Shown piece by piece: positions 49,221 to 58,718 of a DNA stretch of 64,000 nt; position 1 is the first letter of the stretch; the number at the start of each line of letters is the position of its first letter. The notes under the pieces are model-generated. The model worked only from the letters and a program-made list of their open reading frames with translations, ran no database searches and was not told where the DNA came from. Location of the stretch: the NCBI GenBank assembly GCA_963675595.2, contig CAXXLZ010000002.1, positions 1,312,001-1,376,000 on the forward strand, read 5' to 3'. A program made the translations under genes and the position numbers. This stretch comes from Thermodesulfobacteriota bacterium. GTDB lineage: Bacteria > Desulfobacterota > Desulfarculia > JACQYL01.

Positions 49221-50522
49221 TTACATCGCCCTCATATCGCGATCTAGCGAAGCCAGAATTCCAAGAAGGTCATCATACGTCATGCATTCGATGGCGCCAC
49301 GATCTTGCCACTTAAACCTTCTAATCTTTTCAGAATCATGCCCTTTATTACGACCCGCTATTACAATACCTTTAATCTTCGTGACTTCTTGGTCTCTGAG
49401 TCCAAGGCAATCAAGAACAGCCCCTCGATGTTTCTCATATAAGAAAAGCCAGTCTCGAACCTGACTAATGGCGTGTTCCATTTCAGCACTCGTTGCACCG
49501 TCTTTGCGTATTAGACGTATCCCAGGTCGCTCTATTTCAACCAGAGTCAGAACCCCGCTACTGTCCAAACTTGCGAAATCAGCTTTATACTTTGAAAGAA
49601 TTGCAGGCTTCTCATAGAGGCGAAGTGGATATAGAAAATGAAAAACGATTGGATTATTTTCTAAGAACTGCTGAATGTCCTCTTCTTTTGGGTTGGCATT
49701 AATAATTTTCGACAATTCCATTGATATATTATCGATAACTCTACGTTCATAAAGAGCCGTAACACTAAGATTACCAATGGTAATATCGTTATTACCCAGC
49801 AATGTATGCATATTATTTCTAAGAATATTCAACGGAAACACAGTCTTACCACACCTGCATTTGAATGCTTCCGGCACATCCTGGTACCAAACAAGTCCAT
49901 CTTCTACTTCGGCTGGCTTTTCTAGTGCAGCAATGACCTTCATTTTTGTATCGCAATATTTACACCCCAAATTCAATCGTACTGCTTTTATTGCTTTTGG
50001 GTCGCTTTTTATGGCTGAAACACGATCATGCGTTAAAGCTTGTGATTTAGCTAGGGCAAATACTAATTTACCTATAGAGGTATTAATGCCATCTTCTATA
50101 TAATAGAGACTCAACTTCTGTGGTTCTGTCAATATAACTCCGCTCAATCTTACCAACAATATTGTCCAGCAAGGCTCATCGCTAATCGATACAATGGTGA
50201 ATGAGGCAGGATTGTTAGCCTGTTCGTCTCCTTCATTGAGCTGCTCAACGTCTGATGATATAGAAATATCAGCTCGGAAGATTGGGTTATCAGTCCTGTC
50301 ACGTAAAACTATGGCGATAGGTTTTGAGAGTTCGATCCCGAAAACTGCGAGTACAAGATGGTAAGCTGATGCATCAAACGGATATATATAGGGGAGTACA
50401 ACTTTCCGAAGCCCCAAAATATCAAGCTGTGAAAGTGACGGAGGATTTCCTTGCTCAAATCTAGCTCTATGGCAAATCCCTAACAGTGCAATTCTTGGTA
50501 CTACAAGTTGACTATTTGGCAT
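49221..50522 (-). CDS. Shedu-type anti-phage nuclease (DUF4263 C-terminal domain)
   Basis: EEDIQQFLENNP, ADF...LVEIERP, AISQVRDW, GIVIAGR and TYDDLL. Visibly AT-rich relative to the window. Confidence 0.82.
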   Translation of the reverse strand: MPNSQLVVPRIALLGICHRARFEQGNPPSLSQLDILGLRKVVLPYIYPFDASAYHLVLAVFGIELSKPIAIVLRDRTDNPIFRADISISSDVEQLNEGDEQANNPASFTIVSISDEPCWTILLVRLSGVILTEPQKLSLYYIEDGINTSIGKLVFALAKSQALTHDRVSAIKSDPKAIKAVRLNLGCKYCDTKMKVIAALEKPAEVEDGLVWYQDVPEAFKCRCGKTVFPLNILRNNMHTLLGNNDITIGNLSVTALYERRVIDNISMELSKIINANPKEEDIQQFLENNPIVFHFLYPLRLYEKPAILSKYKADFASLDSSGVLTLVEIERPGIRLIRKDGATSAEMEHAISQVRDWLFLYEKHRGAVLDCLGLRDQEVTKIKGIVIAGRNKGHDSEKIRRFKWQDRGAIECMTYDDLLGILASLDRDMRAM

Positions 50523-51261
50523 TTCATTCCTACGGTGCGCTCAAGAGCGATAGATGAGACTTAACCCCTTTGGGTTCGAATTTAGCCTATGATCATCCGG
50601 TCTTCTTGGGATAACTGATCTATTATGACTTTGCCTCATATCTTGTCTTGCTGCTGACCCCATCAATGGTTCCACTCAAAAGTGTAGAGTGAACATGATT
50701 TGATGGTTGTTAATCGGGGGATATCATACTGATTGTTTTAGGATGCGATCCTCCCGTGTCTTGTGAAACCACCCAACACGCCCAACATTCCTTGCAGTCG
50801 GATGTAACCGCACAGTTTTTCGGCCGACCTGTCCAAGGAGGAGCCGTTTCACGGTGAAAGCCCCTCCGCTTCCTCCACTTCACCCCCCCATTTACACCGA
50901 AAACGACGGGTATCGTCAATTGGGAATCCCCGTCATTTTTGCATGCTTCCCGCCAAACTCATCTTTGACAGTTGCATCGCATACGGCGCTCAAGCCTCGC
51001 CCCCTGACTCCTTCTCGACTGCGTTCCTCCTACCGCTATCCCTAAGAACATTTCATTTTTTGTTCGATTCCCGCATGTTACGCCAGGCGGCCATGATCGC
51101 TCACCCCTTTTCTCGTCTCTCCCACCGCCGGCTCAACGATCAAAACCACCAAAAAGCAAACCCCGCCCCGGACTCTTTCTGAACTCCACTCTCTCTTCCT
51201 CCATCCACAAAGCCCATTACACATTTGTAATCCCTGTACCTCTGTTGAGATTGCCCCAAAA

Positions 51262-51283
51262 TCGTCAAGAAGTCGTCACAACA
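51262..51283 (+). promoter_or_regulatory. Pho box-like direct repeat upstream of pstS
   Basis: TCGTCAAGAAG-TCGTCACAACA has GTCA repeated at 11-bp spacing, ~170 bp before pstS. Confidence 0.5.
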
Positions 51284-51452
51284 ACCCACATGGAAGGGAA
51301 TAGAGTGTCTTGCCGGCAAGATTTCGGCACAGCGAGGAATGAAAGTGCTCATGAACCCGTAGCCCCCGAATCCGCCGCGAGCCCACCATCCCACTGCCGT
51401 GGATGGTTCTCCAATACGGTAACACTTCAATATCAAACGAAAGAGGGAGAAA

Positions 51453-52499
51453 ATGAAAAAAGGATTTGTTCTCAAGCTCACGATGCACATGGCCCTGACC
51501 GCTTTTCTGGCCGGGATTCTGTTGGTGCCGGCTTCGGTCTCGGCCGGAGAAGTCCGCTTGACCGGTTCCGGCGCCAGCTTTCCGGCTCCGCTCTACACCA
51601 CTTGGTTCAAGCAGTTCAGTCGAGCCGAGAAGGACATCCAGGTCAATTACCAGGCCAAGGGTTCCGGAGCCGGGATTCGTGATTTTCAGAATCACACCGT
51701 GGATTTTGCCGCCAGCGACGCCGCGATGAACGATGAAGAGATCTCCAAGGTGGAAGAAGGCGTACAGCTTCTCCCCATGACCGCCGGCGAGATCGTACTG
51801 GCCTATAACCTCAAGGGTGTCACGGGGCTTAAGCTGCCTCGCGACGCTTATCCCGCCATCTTTTTAGGGAAGATCAAAAAGTGGAACGATCCCGCCATTG
51901 CCGCCGCCAATCCCGGTCTCAAACTGCCGGATAAAGACATCACCGTGGTCGCCCGAGCCGACAGCTCCGGGACCAGCTATGTTTTCACCCAGCATTTGTG
52001 CGCCATTTCCCCGGAATTCAGAAGCGCCGTGGGCATGGGCAAAACCGTGAACTGGCCGAGTGAGGCCAAGCTGGTCAAGGCGCCCAAGAACGACGGTGTG
52101 ACCGCCACCATCAAGCAGACCCCCGGAGCCATAGGCTACATCGAGTACGGTTTCGCCCGGATGGCGAAACTGGAAATGGCCGACCTGCAGAACAAAGCGG
52201 GCAAGTTCGTGGCCCCCGGTCTCGAAGGCGGTCAGGCCGCCCTGGCCGGCGCCGTCATTCCCGACAACATGATCGTCTGGCTGTCGGATCCGGACGGCGA
52301 TGCATCGTACCCCATCGCCACCTACACCTGGATGATTTTCTACAAGAAGTACGACGATCCCAATAAGGCCGAGGCCCTGCGCAAGATGGTCGCGTACTGC
52401 CTGGACGAGGGACAGAAGATTTCCGACAAGGCCGGATATATTCCGCTGCCGGCCCCCGTTGTCGAGAAGGTGCGCGCGGCTTCCGCCAACATCCGGTAG
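51453..52499 (+). CDS. pstS: Phosphate ABC transporter substrate-binding protein PstS (1)
   Basis: GSGASFPAPLY, GSGAG, DFAASD, RADSSGTS, IGYIE and YPI motifs. Confidence 0.95.
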   Translation: MKKGFVLKLTMHMALTAFLAGILLVPASVSAGEVRLTGSGASFPAPLYTTWFKQFSRAEKDIQVNYQAKGSGAGIRDFQNHTVDFAASDAAMNDEEISKVEEGVQLLPMTAGEIVLAYNLKGVTGLKLPRDAYPAIFLGKIKKWNDPAIAAANPGLKLPDKDITVVARADSSGTSYVFTQHLCAISPEFRSAVGMGKTVNWPSEAKLVKAPKNDGVTATIKQTPGAIGYIEYGFARMAKLEMADLQNKAGKFVAPGLEGGQAALAGAVIPDNMIVWLSDPDGDASYPIATYTWMIFYKKYDDPNKAEALRKMVAYCLDEGQKISDKAGYIPLPAPVVEKVRAASANIR

Positions 52500-52511
52500 G
52501 TCCTTCGTACC

Positions 52512-52921
52512 TTCACAGGGTGTGCCGCAGGGGACGCCGTCCCCCGCTCCCCCTGCCGGGGGACCAAAGGCCCCCCGGACCCCCGTTGCGTTTTCGCGAA
52601 TCGCTTGCGCGATTCGCAAAACGAGCGGCATGTTCCGTACAACCTATTGAAACACCTAAAGTTTTTAGGAAGGAGCCCGAGGGAACCCTTTTTTCAAAAA
52701 GGGTTCCCTCGGATACCCCTCTGAATGCTCATCCGTCCTTCTCCGGCGGAGAGGCTCCGTGCGGTAAGTGGATTTGTGGACCAGCGAGTCCTTGTCGAAG
52801 TTTTCTTTGACTCGGCCTCCAAAGGATCCCTCACCCCGGTTGCGACGCGGAAGCGAGCAACCCGTTCAGCAAGTTTTGGGAAGGGTTCGGGAAACCCTTT
52901 TCCAAAAGGGTTTCCCGAATA
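52512..52921. repeat. BIME-like mosaic of repeat families P, C, B (partial) and D between pstS and pstC
   Basis: P reversed at 52512-52645, C at 52669-52731, B-like at 52738-52768 and D at 52832-52921. Confidence 0.8.
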
Positions 52922-53013
52922 CCCTGTAACCGGGCCCCTGTATCAACACACTCAAAAGGCTTGAGGCGTTTTGACCCCGGGTCGAGGCGCCCCTCAATAT
53001 CGGAGGTTTACCC

Positions 53014-53985
53014 ATGGCCAACAAACCGGCAAGGGTCGTCGAAAAAGGAAAGACGCTCTCGAGGCCCCCTTCGTCCGGAGACATCCTCTTTGATAAATCC
53101 GTCCGGACCCTGACTTATGTCTCCACCTGGGCCACGGTGCTGCTCCTGGCGTTCATCGTATACAAGATCGGGGGTCAGGCCCTGCCGGCCATGTCCGAAT
53201 ACGGCCTGGGGTTTCTCACTTCCACCACTTGGGACGTCAATGCGGGAGAATTCGGTATCCTTCCGGAAATCTGGGGGACCCTGTTCAGCTCGATCCTGGC
53301 CCTGATCATCGGAGGCTTTTTCGGCATTTCCATCGCCGTTTTCCTGACCCAGGACTTCCTGCCCCCCAAAATTGAAATGGTGTTGAAAAACATCATCGAA
53401 CTGCTGGCCGCCATTCCCAGCGTTGTGTACGGCCTGTGGGGGATTTTTGTCCTGATCCCCCTGATCCGGCCGCCGGCTGATTTCCTGCACGAAACCTTGG
53501 GCTGGATTCCCTTTTTTTCCACCAGTCTCAGCGGTCCCGGCATGTTTCCGGCCGCGTTGGTGCTGGCGATCATGATCCTGCCTACGGTGGCCGCCATTTC
53601 CCAGGATGCTTTCCGGGCCATTCCCCATAAGACCAAGGAAGCGGCTTACGGCATGGGAACGACCCGATGGGAGGCCATCCTGCGGGTGATGCTGCCCACC
53701 GCCTCCGGCGGGATCTTCGGGGCACTGGTTTTAGGCTTGGGTCGCGCCTTGGGGGAAACCATGGCGCTTGCCATGCTGGTGGGCAACTCCAACCAGATCA
53801 GCCTGTCGCTCTTCGCCCCGGCCAATACACTGGCGGCCCTGCTGGCGCTGAACTTCCCCGAAGCCGGCGCGCATGAGGCCTCCATCTTGATGTACGCCGC
53901 CTGTGTGCTGCTGTTCATCACCTTGATCGTGAATGTGACCGGCACCCTGATCATCTCCAGAACCGGATCGAGAGGGCTGAAATGA
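53014..53985 (+). CDS. pstC: Phosphate ABC transporter permease PstC
   Basis: IELLAAIPSVVYGLWG, EAAYGMG and GRALGETMA motifs. Confidence 0.95.
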   Translation: MANKPARVVEKGKTLSRPPSSGDILFDKSVRTLTYVSTWATVLLLAFIVYKIGGQALPAMSEYGLGFLTSTTWDVNAGEFGILPEIWGTLFSSILALIIGGFFGISIAVFLTQDFLPPKIEMVLKNIIELLAAIPSVVYGLWGIFVLIPLIRPPADFLHETLGWIPFFSTSLSGPGMFPAALVLAIMILPTVAAISQDAFRAIPHKTKEAAYGMGTTRWEAILRVMLPTASGGIFGALVLGLGRALGETMALAMLVGNSNQISLSLFAPANTLAALLALNFPEAGAHEASILMYAACVLLFITLIVNVTGTLIISRTGSRGLK

Positions 53986-54866
53986 GCAAACAAAACACCA
54001 TGAACGGCTCCCTGCGACTGCCGAGTCTTGAACGGCAACCCATGGAGCCGCGGGCCCTCAAGTCCATCGTTTTGAGCGCGATCACCGTTACCGCGGCGGT
54101 CGCGGCCTGTATCCCTCTTTTCTCCGTACTGATCATGCTGATCTTTCGAGGCGGCAAGCGACTGAGTCTGGAGCTGTTCTACGCCCTGCCCCCCACCGCC
54201 TTTGAGACCGGCGGCGGGTTCGGCAACGCCATTGTGGGTACGCTCTTCATGGTCGGGCTTGCGGCGTTGATCAGCGTGCCTTTCGGGGTGCTGGCCGCCA
54301 TCTACCTGGCCGAACTCGGCCCCTACAGCAAGATTGCGGCGGCGGCTCGCTTTTGCGCCAAAACCCTCACCGGCCTGCCCTCCATTTTGGCCGGCGTGTT
54401 CGCCTATGCCGCGGTGGTCCTCACCATGGGCCACTACTCGGCCTGGGCCGGCGGCATCGCCTTGTCCCTGTTGATGGTTCCCGTGGTGATGCTCACCGCC
54501 GAGGAAGCGATCAAGATGGTGCCGCGGCCGATGAAAGAGGCCGCCTATGGAATGGGCTGCACCCCTTCCCAGACCATGTGGAAGGTGATGCTTCCGGTCG
54601 CCATGCCCGGCATCATCACCGGAGTGGTGCTCGCGGTCGCCCGAGCGGCCGGTGAAACGGCGCCGCTGCTCTTCAGCGCCCTGTTCAGCGATTACTGGCT
54701 GCGTGCCAATGAACCCACCGCCTCATTGGCGGTGCTGATCTACAACTATTCCGGCATGCCCTTTGAGAACCAGATTGAGCTGGCGTGGGCGGCCTCGCTG
54801 GTCCTTGTAGTCATGGTTTTTGTGCTGAACATCATCAGCCGAGCTATCGGCCAGCGAAAAGCGTAA
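53982..54866 (+). CDS. pstA: Phosphate ABC transporter permease PstA
   Basis: GGGFGNAIVGT, GLPSILAG and ARAAGETAPLL motifs. Confidence 0.95.
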   Translation: MSKQNTMNGSLRLPSLERQPMEPRALKSIVLSAITVTAAVAACIPLFSVLIMLIFRGGKRLSLELFYALPPTAFETGGGFGNAIVGTLFMVGLAALISVPFGVLAAIYLAELGPYSKIAAAARFCAKTLTGLPSILAGVFAYAAVVLTMGHYSAWAGGIALSLLMVPVVMLTAEEAIKMVPRPMKEAAYGMGCTPSQTMWKVMLPVAMPGIITGVVLAVARAAGETAPLLFSALFSDYWLRANEPTASLAVLIYNYSGMPFENQIELAWAASLVLVVMVFVLNIISRAIGQRKA

Positions 54867-55024
54867 CGTCGTTACTAAAAGAGGAGGTCGTCATTCACGG
54901 GGGAGAACTTTTGAAAAAGTTCCCCCCCGTGCCCCCGCCTTCGGCGGAGAGGCTGTTGGGGGTCCGGGAAAACGGGTTCCCCCGGTGACCCTGTGAATAA
55001 AAACAGAAGGAGCAGAGTACGCTC

Positions 55025-55852
55025 ATGCAACCTGCATTGAAACAAACGGACGACGCGCAGGACAACGGCGTTCTGTCGGAAGAGGTGGTCCTCGACTGCC
55101 GGGTGAATAAAATCTTTTACACCGATTTTCTGGCGGTGCGGGACAGCCATGTGCCCATCAAAAAGAACCAGATCACCGGTTTCATCGGACCGTCGGGCTG
55201 CGGCAAGAGTACGGTGCTCAAGAGCGTAAACCGCATGAACGATCTGATCCGGGGATTTCGTTTTGAGGGCACGATCAACTTTATGGGAACGGATATCTAC
55301 GGCGAGAAGATTGATCCGGTTTCCGTTCGGCGCAATATCGGCATGGTCTTCCAGCAGCCCAACCCCTTTGCCCTGTCCATTTACGACAATGTCGCTTTTG
55401 GCCTGCGGCTCAACCGCTACAAAGGCGACATGCATGAAAAGGTGGAAAAGGCGCTCCGGGGCGCCGCCCTGTGGGATGACGTCAAAGACAAGCTCAAGAA
55501 CAACGGTTTGTCTCTGTCCGGTGGCCAACAGCAGCGCCTTTGCATCGCCCGGGCCATTGCCACCGAACCCTTGATCCTGCTCATGGACGAGCCCTGTTCC
55601 GCTTTGGACCCCATCGCCACCCGGCTGGTGGAGGACCTCATGGTGGAACTCAAGGAACAATACACGGTGGCCATCGTAACCCATAATATGCAGCAGGCTC
55701 AGCGCGTCGCCGATCAGACGGCGTTTTTCGCCGTGGATATCTCCAAGGGAGGACGGACCGGCTACCTCGTCGAAATGGGCCCCACCATGGAGCTCTTTGG
55801 CAACCCGCAGGAAAAGTTGACTAAAGAGTATCTGCACGGTGAGTTTTCCTGA
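55025..55852 (+). CDS. pstB: Phosphate ABC transporter ATP-binding protein PstB
   Basis: [31 protein letters not shown] and VTHNMQQA motifs. Confidence 0.96.
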   Translation: MQPALKQTDDAQDNGVLSEEVVLDCRVNKIFYTDFLAVRDSHVPIKKNQITGFIGPSGCGKSTVLKSVNRMNDLIRGFRFEGTINFMGTDIYGEKIDPVSVRRNIGMVFQQPNPFALSIYDNVAFGLRLNRYKGDMHEKVEKALRGAALWDDVKDKLKNNGLSLSGGQQQRLCIARAIATEPLILLMDEPCSALDPIATRLVEDLMVELKEQYTVAIVTHNMQQAQRVADQTAFFAVDISKGGRTGYLVEMGPTMELFGNPQEKLTKEYLHGEFS

Positions 55853-55868
55853 GGGGGAGGCAAACGTC

Positions 55869-56927
55869 ATGATTAAAGTCAGAGCCTGTGTCGCGGCTTT
55901 TGCGCTGATTGCCCTATTCTGCTGGTCGGTCTCCAACGGATTCGCCGCCGACGGGAAAATCACCCTTGATAACGCGGATATCGTCGGTGCGGGCGCAACC
56001 TTTCCCGCCCCTCTCTATCAGCGTTGGATCAAAGAATTCGGCAAACAACATTCGGATTTTACCCTCTTCTATGCTGAAGTCGGCAGCGGCGAAGGCATCA
56101 AGCGCTTCATGGCCGGAGAGACGGATTTCGGCGCCAGCGACGCCGCCATGAACGACGATCAGATTGCGCGGGTCGAACGCGGTGTGCAACTCATCCCCGC
56201 CACGGCCGGTATCATCGTGCTGGCTTATAACCTGCCTTCGGTGCACGGAGAACTGCGTCTGAGCCGTGAGGTTTATGTTGACATTTTCCTCGGTAGAATC
56301 AGGAACTGGAACGACGAACGGATCACCCGGTTGAATCCTGATTTGAAGCTGCCGAATCTGAACATCGTCACCATTACCCGCAGTGATTCTTCGGGTACGA
56401 CCTGGGCCTTCACCAACCATCTGAACAGTATCAGCCCCAAGTGGAAGGAAGCGGGACTCAGCGTCGGCAAGAAGGTCGATTGGCCCGGCAACTCCATGGC
56501 GAGCCGATACAATGAAGGTGTGGCCGCGAAGATCAAATACTCCTGGGGAAGCATCGGTTACGTCGAGTACGGTATTGCCGAGCGGGCCGGACTCGCCATG
56601 GCGGCCCTTGAGAATAAGGCGGGCCTGTATGTCGAGCCGACCGATGAAAGCGGAACGAACACGCTTGCCAACACGTCGACTCAAATGCCTCCAAACCTTC
56701 GAATGTTTCTGCCGGACCCGGAGGGAACGGATTCCTACCCGATCGTCACGTATACTTGGCTTCTTCTGTTCCAATCCTATGCCGACAAGACCAAGGCCGC
56801 GAGGGTCAAGCAATTCGTCCAGTGGGGACTCACCGAAGGACAGAACTTCGCTCCGGAATACGGTTATGCCCCGCTTCCCGAACCTGTTGCCGCCGCCGCC
56901 CTGAAAGCGCTGGCTGAAGTGCGGTGA
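55869..56927 (+). CDS. pstS: PstS paralogue (2)
   Basis: GAGATFPAPLY, GSGEG, DFGASD and RSDSSGTT motifs. Confidence 0.92.
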   Translation: MIKVRACVAAFALIALFCWSVSNGFAADGKITLDNADIVGAGATFPAPLYQRWIKEFGKQHSDFTLFYAEVGSGEGIKRFMAGETDFGASDAAMNDDQIARVERGVQLIPATAGIIVLAYNLPSVHGELRLSREVYVDIFLGRIRNWNDERITRLNPDLKLPNLNIVTITRSDSSGTTWAFTNHLNSISPKWKEAGLSVGKKVDWPGNSMASRYNEGVAAKIKYSWGSIGYVEYGIAERAGLAMAALENKAGLYVEPTDESGTNTLANTSTQMPPNLRMFLPDPEGTDSYPIVTYTWLLLFQSYADKTKAARVKQFVQWGLTEGQNFAPEYGYAPLPEPVAAAALKALAEVR

Positions 56928-57399
56928 CGGATGACTCGACCTCAAATTGCGGCTCGTTCCCGGCAACCATTCACGGGCGGCCGCAGCTTCACCCCGGGCG
57001 TGCCCTTTTCTTCTCTTTTTCCTGTTTCAAGATGCGCTCACGGTAGGGAGCCTCTCCGCCGGAGGCGGTGAGGCAGGCGCAAGAAGATTTGGAAGGGGGG
57101 TGCGTGGGAAGACTTTCCCGAAAGTCTTCCCACGGTGAATGCCTAAGAAACTCTTGCAAAGAGAACCCTTGACCCCGGTTGCGCCGCGCGGCGAGCAACC
57201 GGTTCAACGAGTTTGGGAATGATGCTTAATGGCATAAATCCCTATACCGGGGGATGCTTTTGAAAAAAGCACCCTCCGGAGCGGCTCTCCGGGGAGCCGA
57301 CATGGAGGCCCACGGATCGTTCACACGCCCGCTCTGTAGGGACAATGTCTAATAAAGGACTCCGCAACTAAACAGCAGCACCCGGATAAGGATAAGCTT

Positions 57400-58458
57400 A
57401 TGAAACATCTCCAAAACACGAAGCGATTCGAGTGGCGCGCCCTGGCGGTGCTCCTTTTAATGGTCTTTTGGCACGGGCCGGTCATGGCCGACGGCAAGAT
57501 TTCGCTGGTCGGCGGCGGGGCGACTCTGCCGGCGCCCCTGTACCAGAAATGGTTCCGAGCCTACAACACGGCACACCCCGATGTGCTGATCGATTATCAG
57601 CCTCTCGGCAGCGGAGCCGGTATCTCCCAATTTCTCGACAAAAGGCTGGATTTTGCCGGCAGTGACGTGCCGTTGAGCGCTGAACAGGTCGCCGACGTTG
57701 AGGGCGGTGCGGTCCAGATTCCCATGACGGCCGGCGCCCTGGTCCTGATTTACAACGTGCACGGAGTGGACCATCTCAATCTCACCCGGGCGGCCTATAT
57801 CGGGATTTTCTTGGGGACCGTCACCCGCTGGAACGACCCGCTCATCGCCGAGGCCAACCCGGGCGCGCCCCTGCCCGACTCGGAGATCACCGTGGTGACG
57901 CGATCCGACGCCAGCGGCACCACCTACGCCTTTACCCGCCATTTGAGCGCGGCCAGCCCGGAATTCGAAAAAGCCGTCGGCGTTGCAAAAGCCCCTGTGT
58001 GGCCTAAGAAGCTCACGTCCCGAGGCAACATGATCAAAGCCCGAGGCAACGGCGGAGTCGTCAACATGGTGCAGGCCATTCCCGGCTCCATTGGGTATGT
58101 GGAATACTCCTATGCCTATCTGACCGACGTGGCCACCGCCTATCTGCAGAACAAAGCCGGACAATTCGTCGCGGCCGACCAGAAGGCTTTCCAGCTCACC
58201 GTGCGCAATACCACCGTGCGTGACGACCTCACCGTGGTCCTGACCGACCCGGCGGCCCACGGCAACTACCCGGTGGTCACCTTCACCTGGATTCTGGTTC
58301 GGAAGCAGTCCAATAAGCCCAAGGAGCAAAAAGCATTGAAGGACATTCTACGCTTTTGTCTCACCACAGGGCAGGAGCAAAGCGACAAACTCGGCTACAT
58401 TCCCCTTACCGGGGACGTGGTCGCCAAGTCATTGGAGCTGCTGGAAGACGTTCATTAA
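57400..58458 (+). CDS. pstS: PstS paralogue (3)
   Basis: GGGATLPAPLY, GSGAG, DFAGSD and RSDASGTT motifs. Confidence 0.9.
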   Translation: MKHLQNTKRFEWRALAVLLLMVFWHGPVMADGKISLVGGGATLPAPLYQKWFRAYNTAHPDVLIDYQPLGSGAGISQFLDKRLDFAGSDVPLSAEQVADVEGGAVQIPMTAGALVLIYNVHGVDHLNLTRAAYIGIFLGTVTRWNDPLIAEANPGAPLPDSEITVVTRSDASGTTYAFTRHLSAASPEFEKAVGVAKAPVWPKKLTSRGNMIKARGNGGVVNMVQAIPGSIGYVEYSYAYLTDVATAYLQNKAGQFVAADQKAFQLTVRNTTVRDDLTVVLTDPAAHGNYPVVTFTWILVRKQSNKPKEQKALKDILRFCLTTGQEQSDKLGYIPLTGDVVAKSLELLEDVH

Positions 58459-58718
58459 CAGGCCGACCGGAGTCGGATTGCAGATGCGGGGAAACCTTTT
58501 GGAAAAGGTTTCCCCCCGCCCCTTCCCAAACGTGTCGAGCGAGCCTCACCGCCTTCGGCGGAGAGGCTGAGAGTGAGATAGCGTCCCTCGAAGATTGCCG
58601 GCCTTCTTTGCCTTTCCTGAATCGCCGAACAAACTCCAAAGTCCGGCTTCGTCATGCTTCAGCGGGATGAAACCCGCGAAAAAGTCGTGGGACCTTCAAA
58701 GAGCATTCATCCCGCGGC

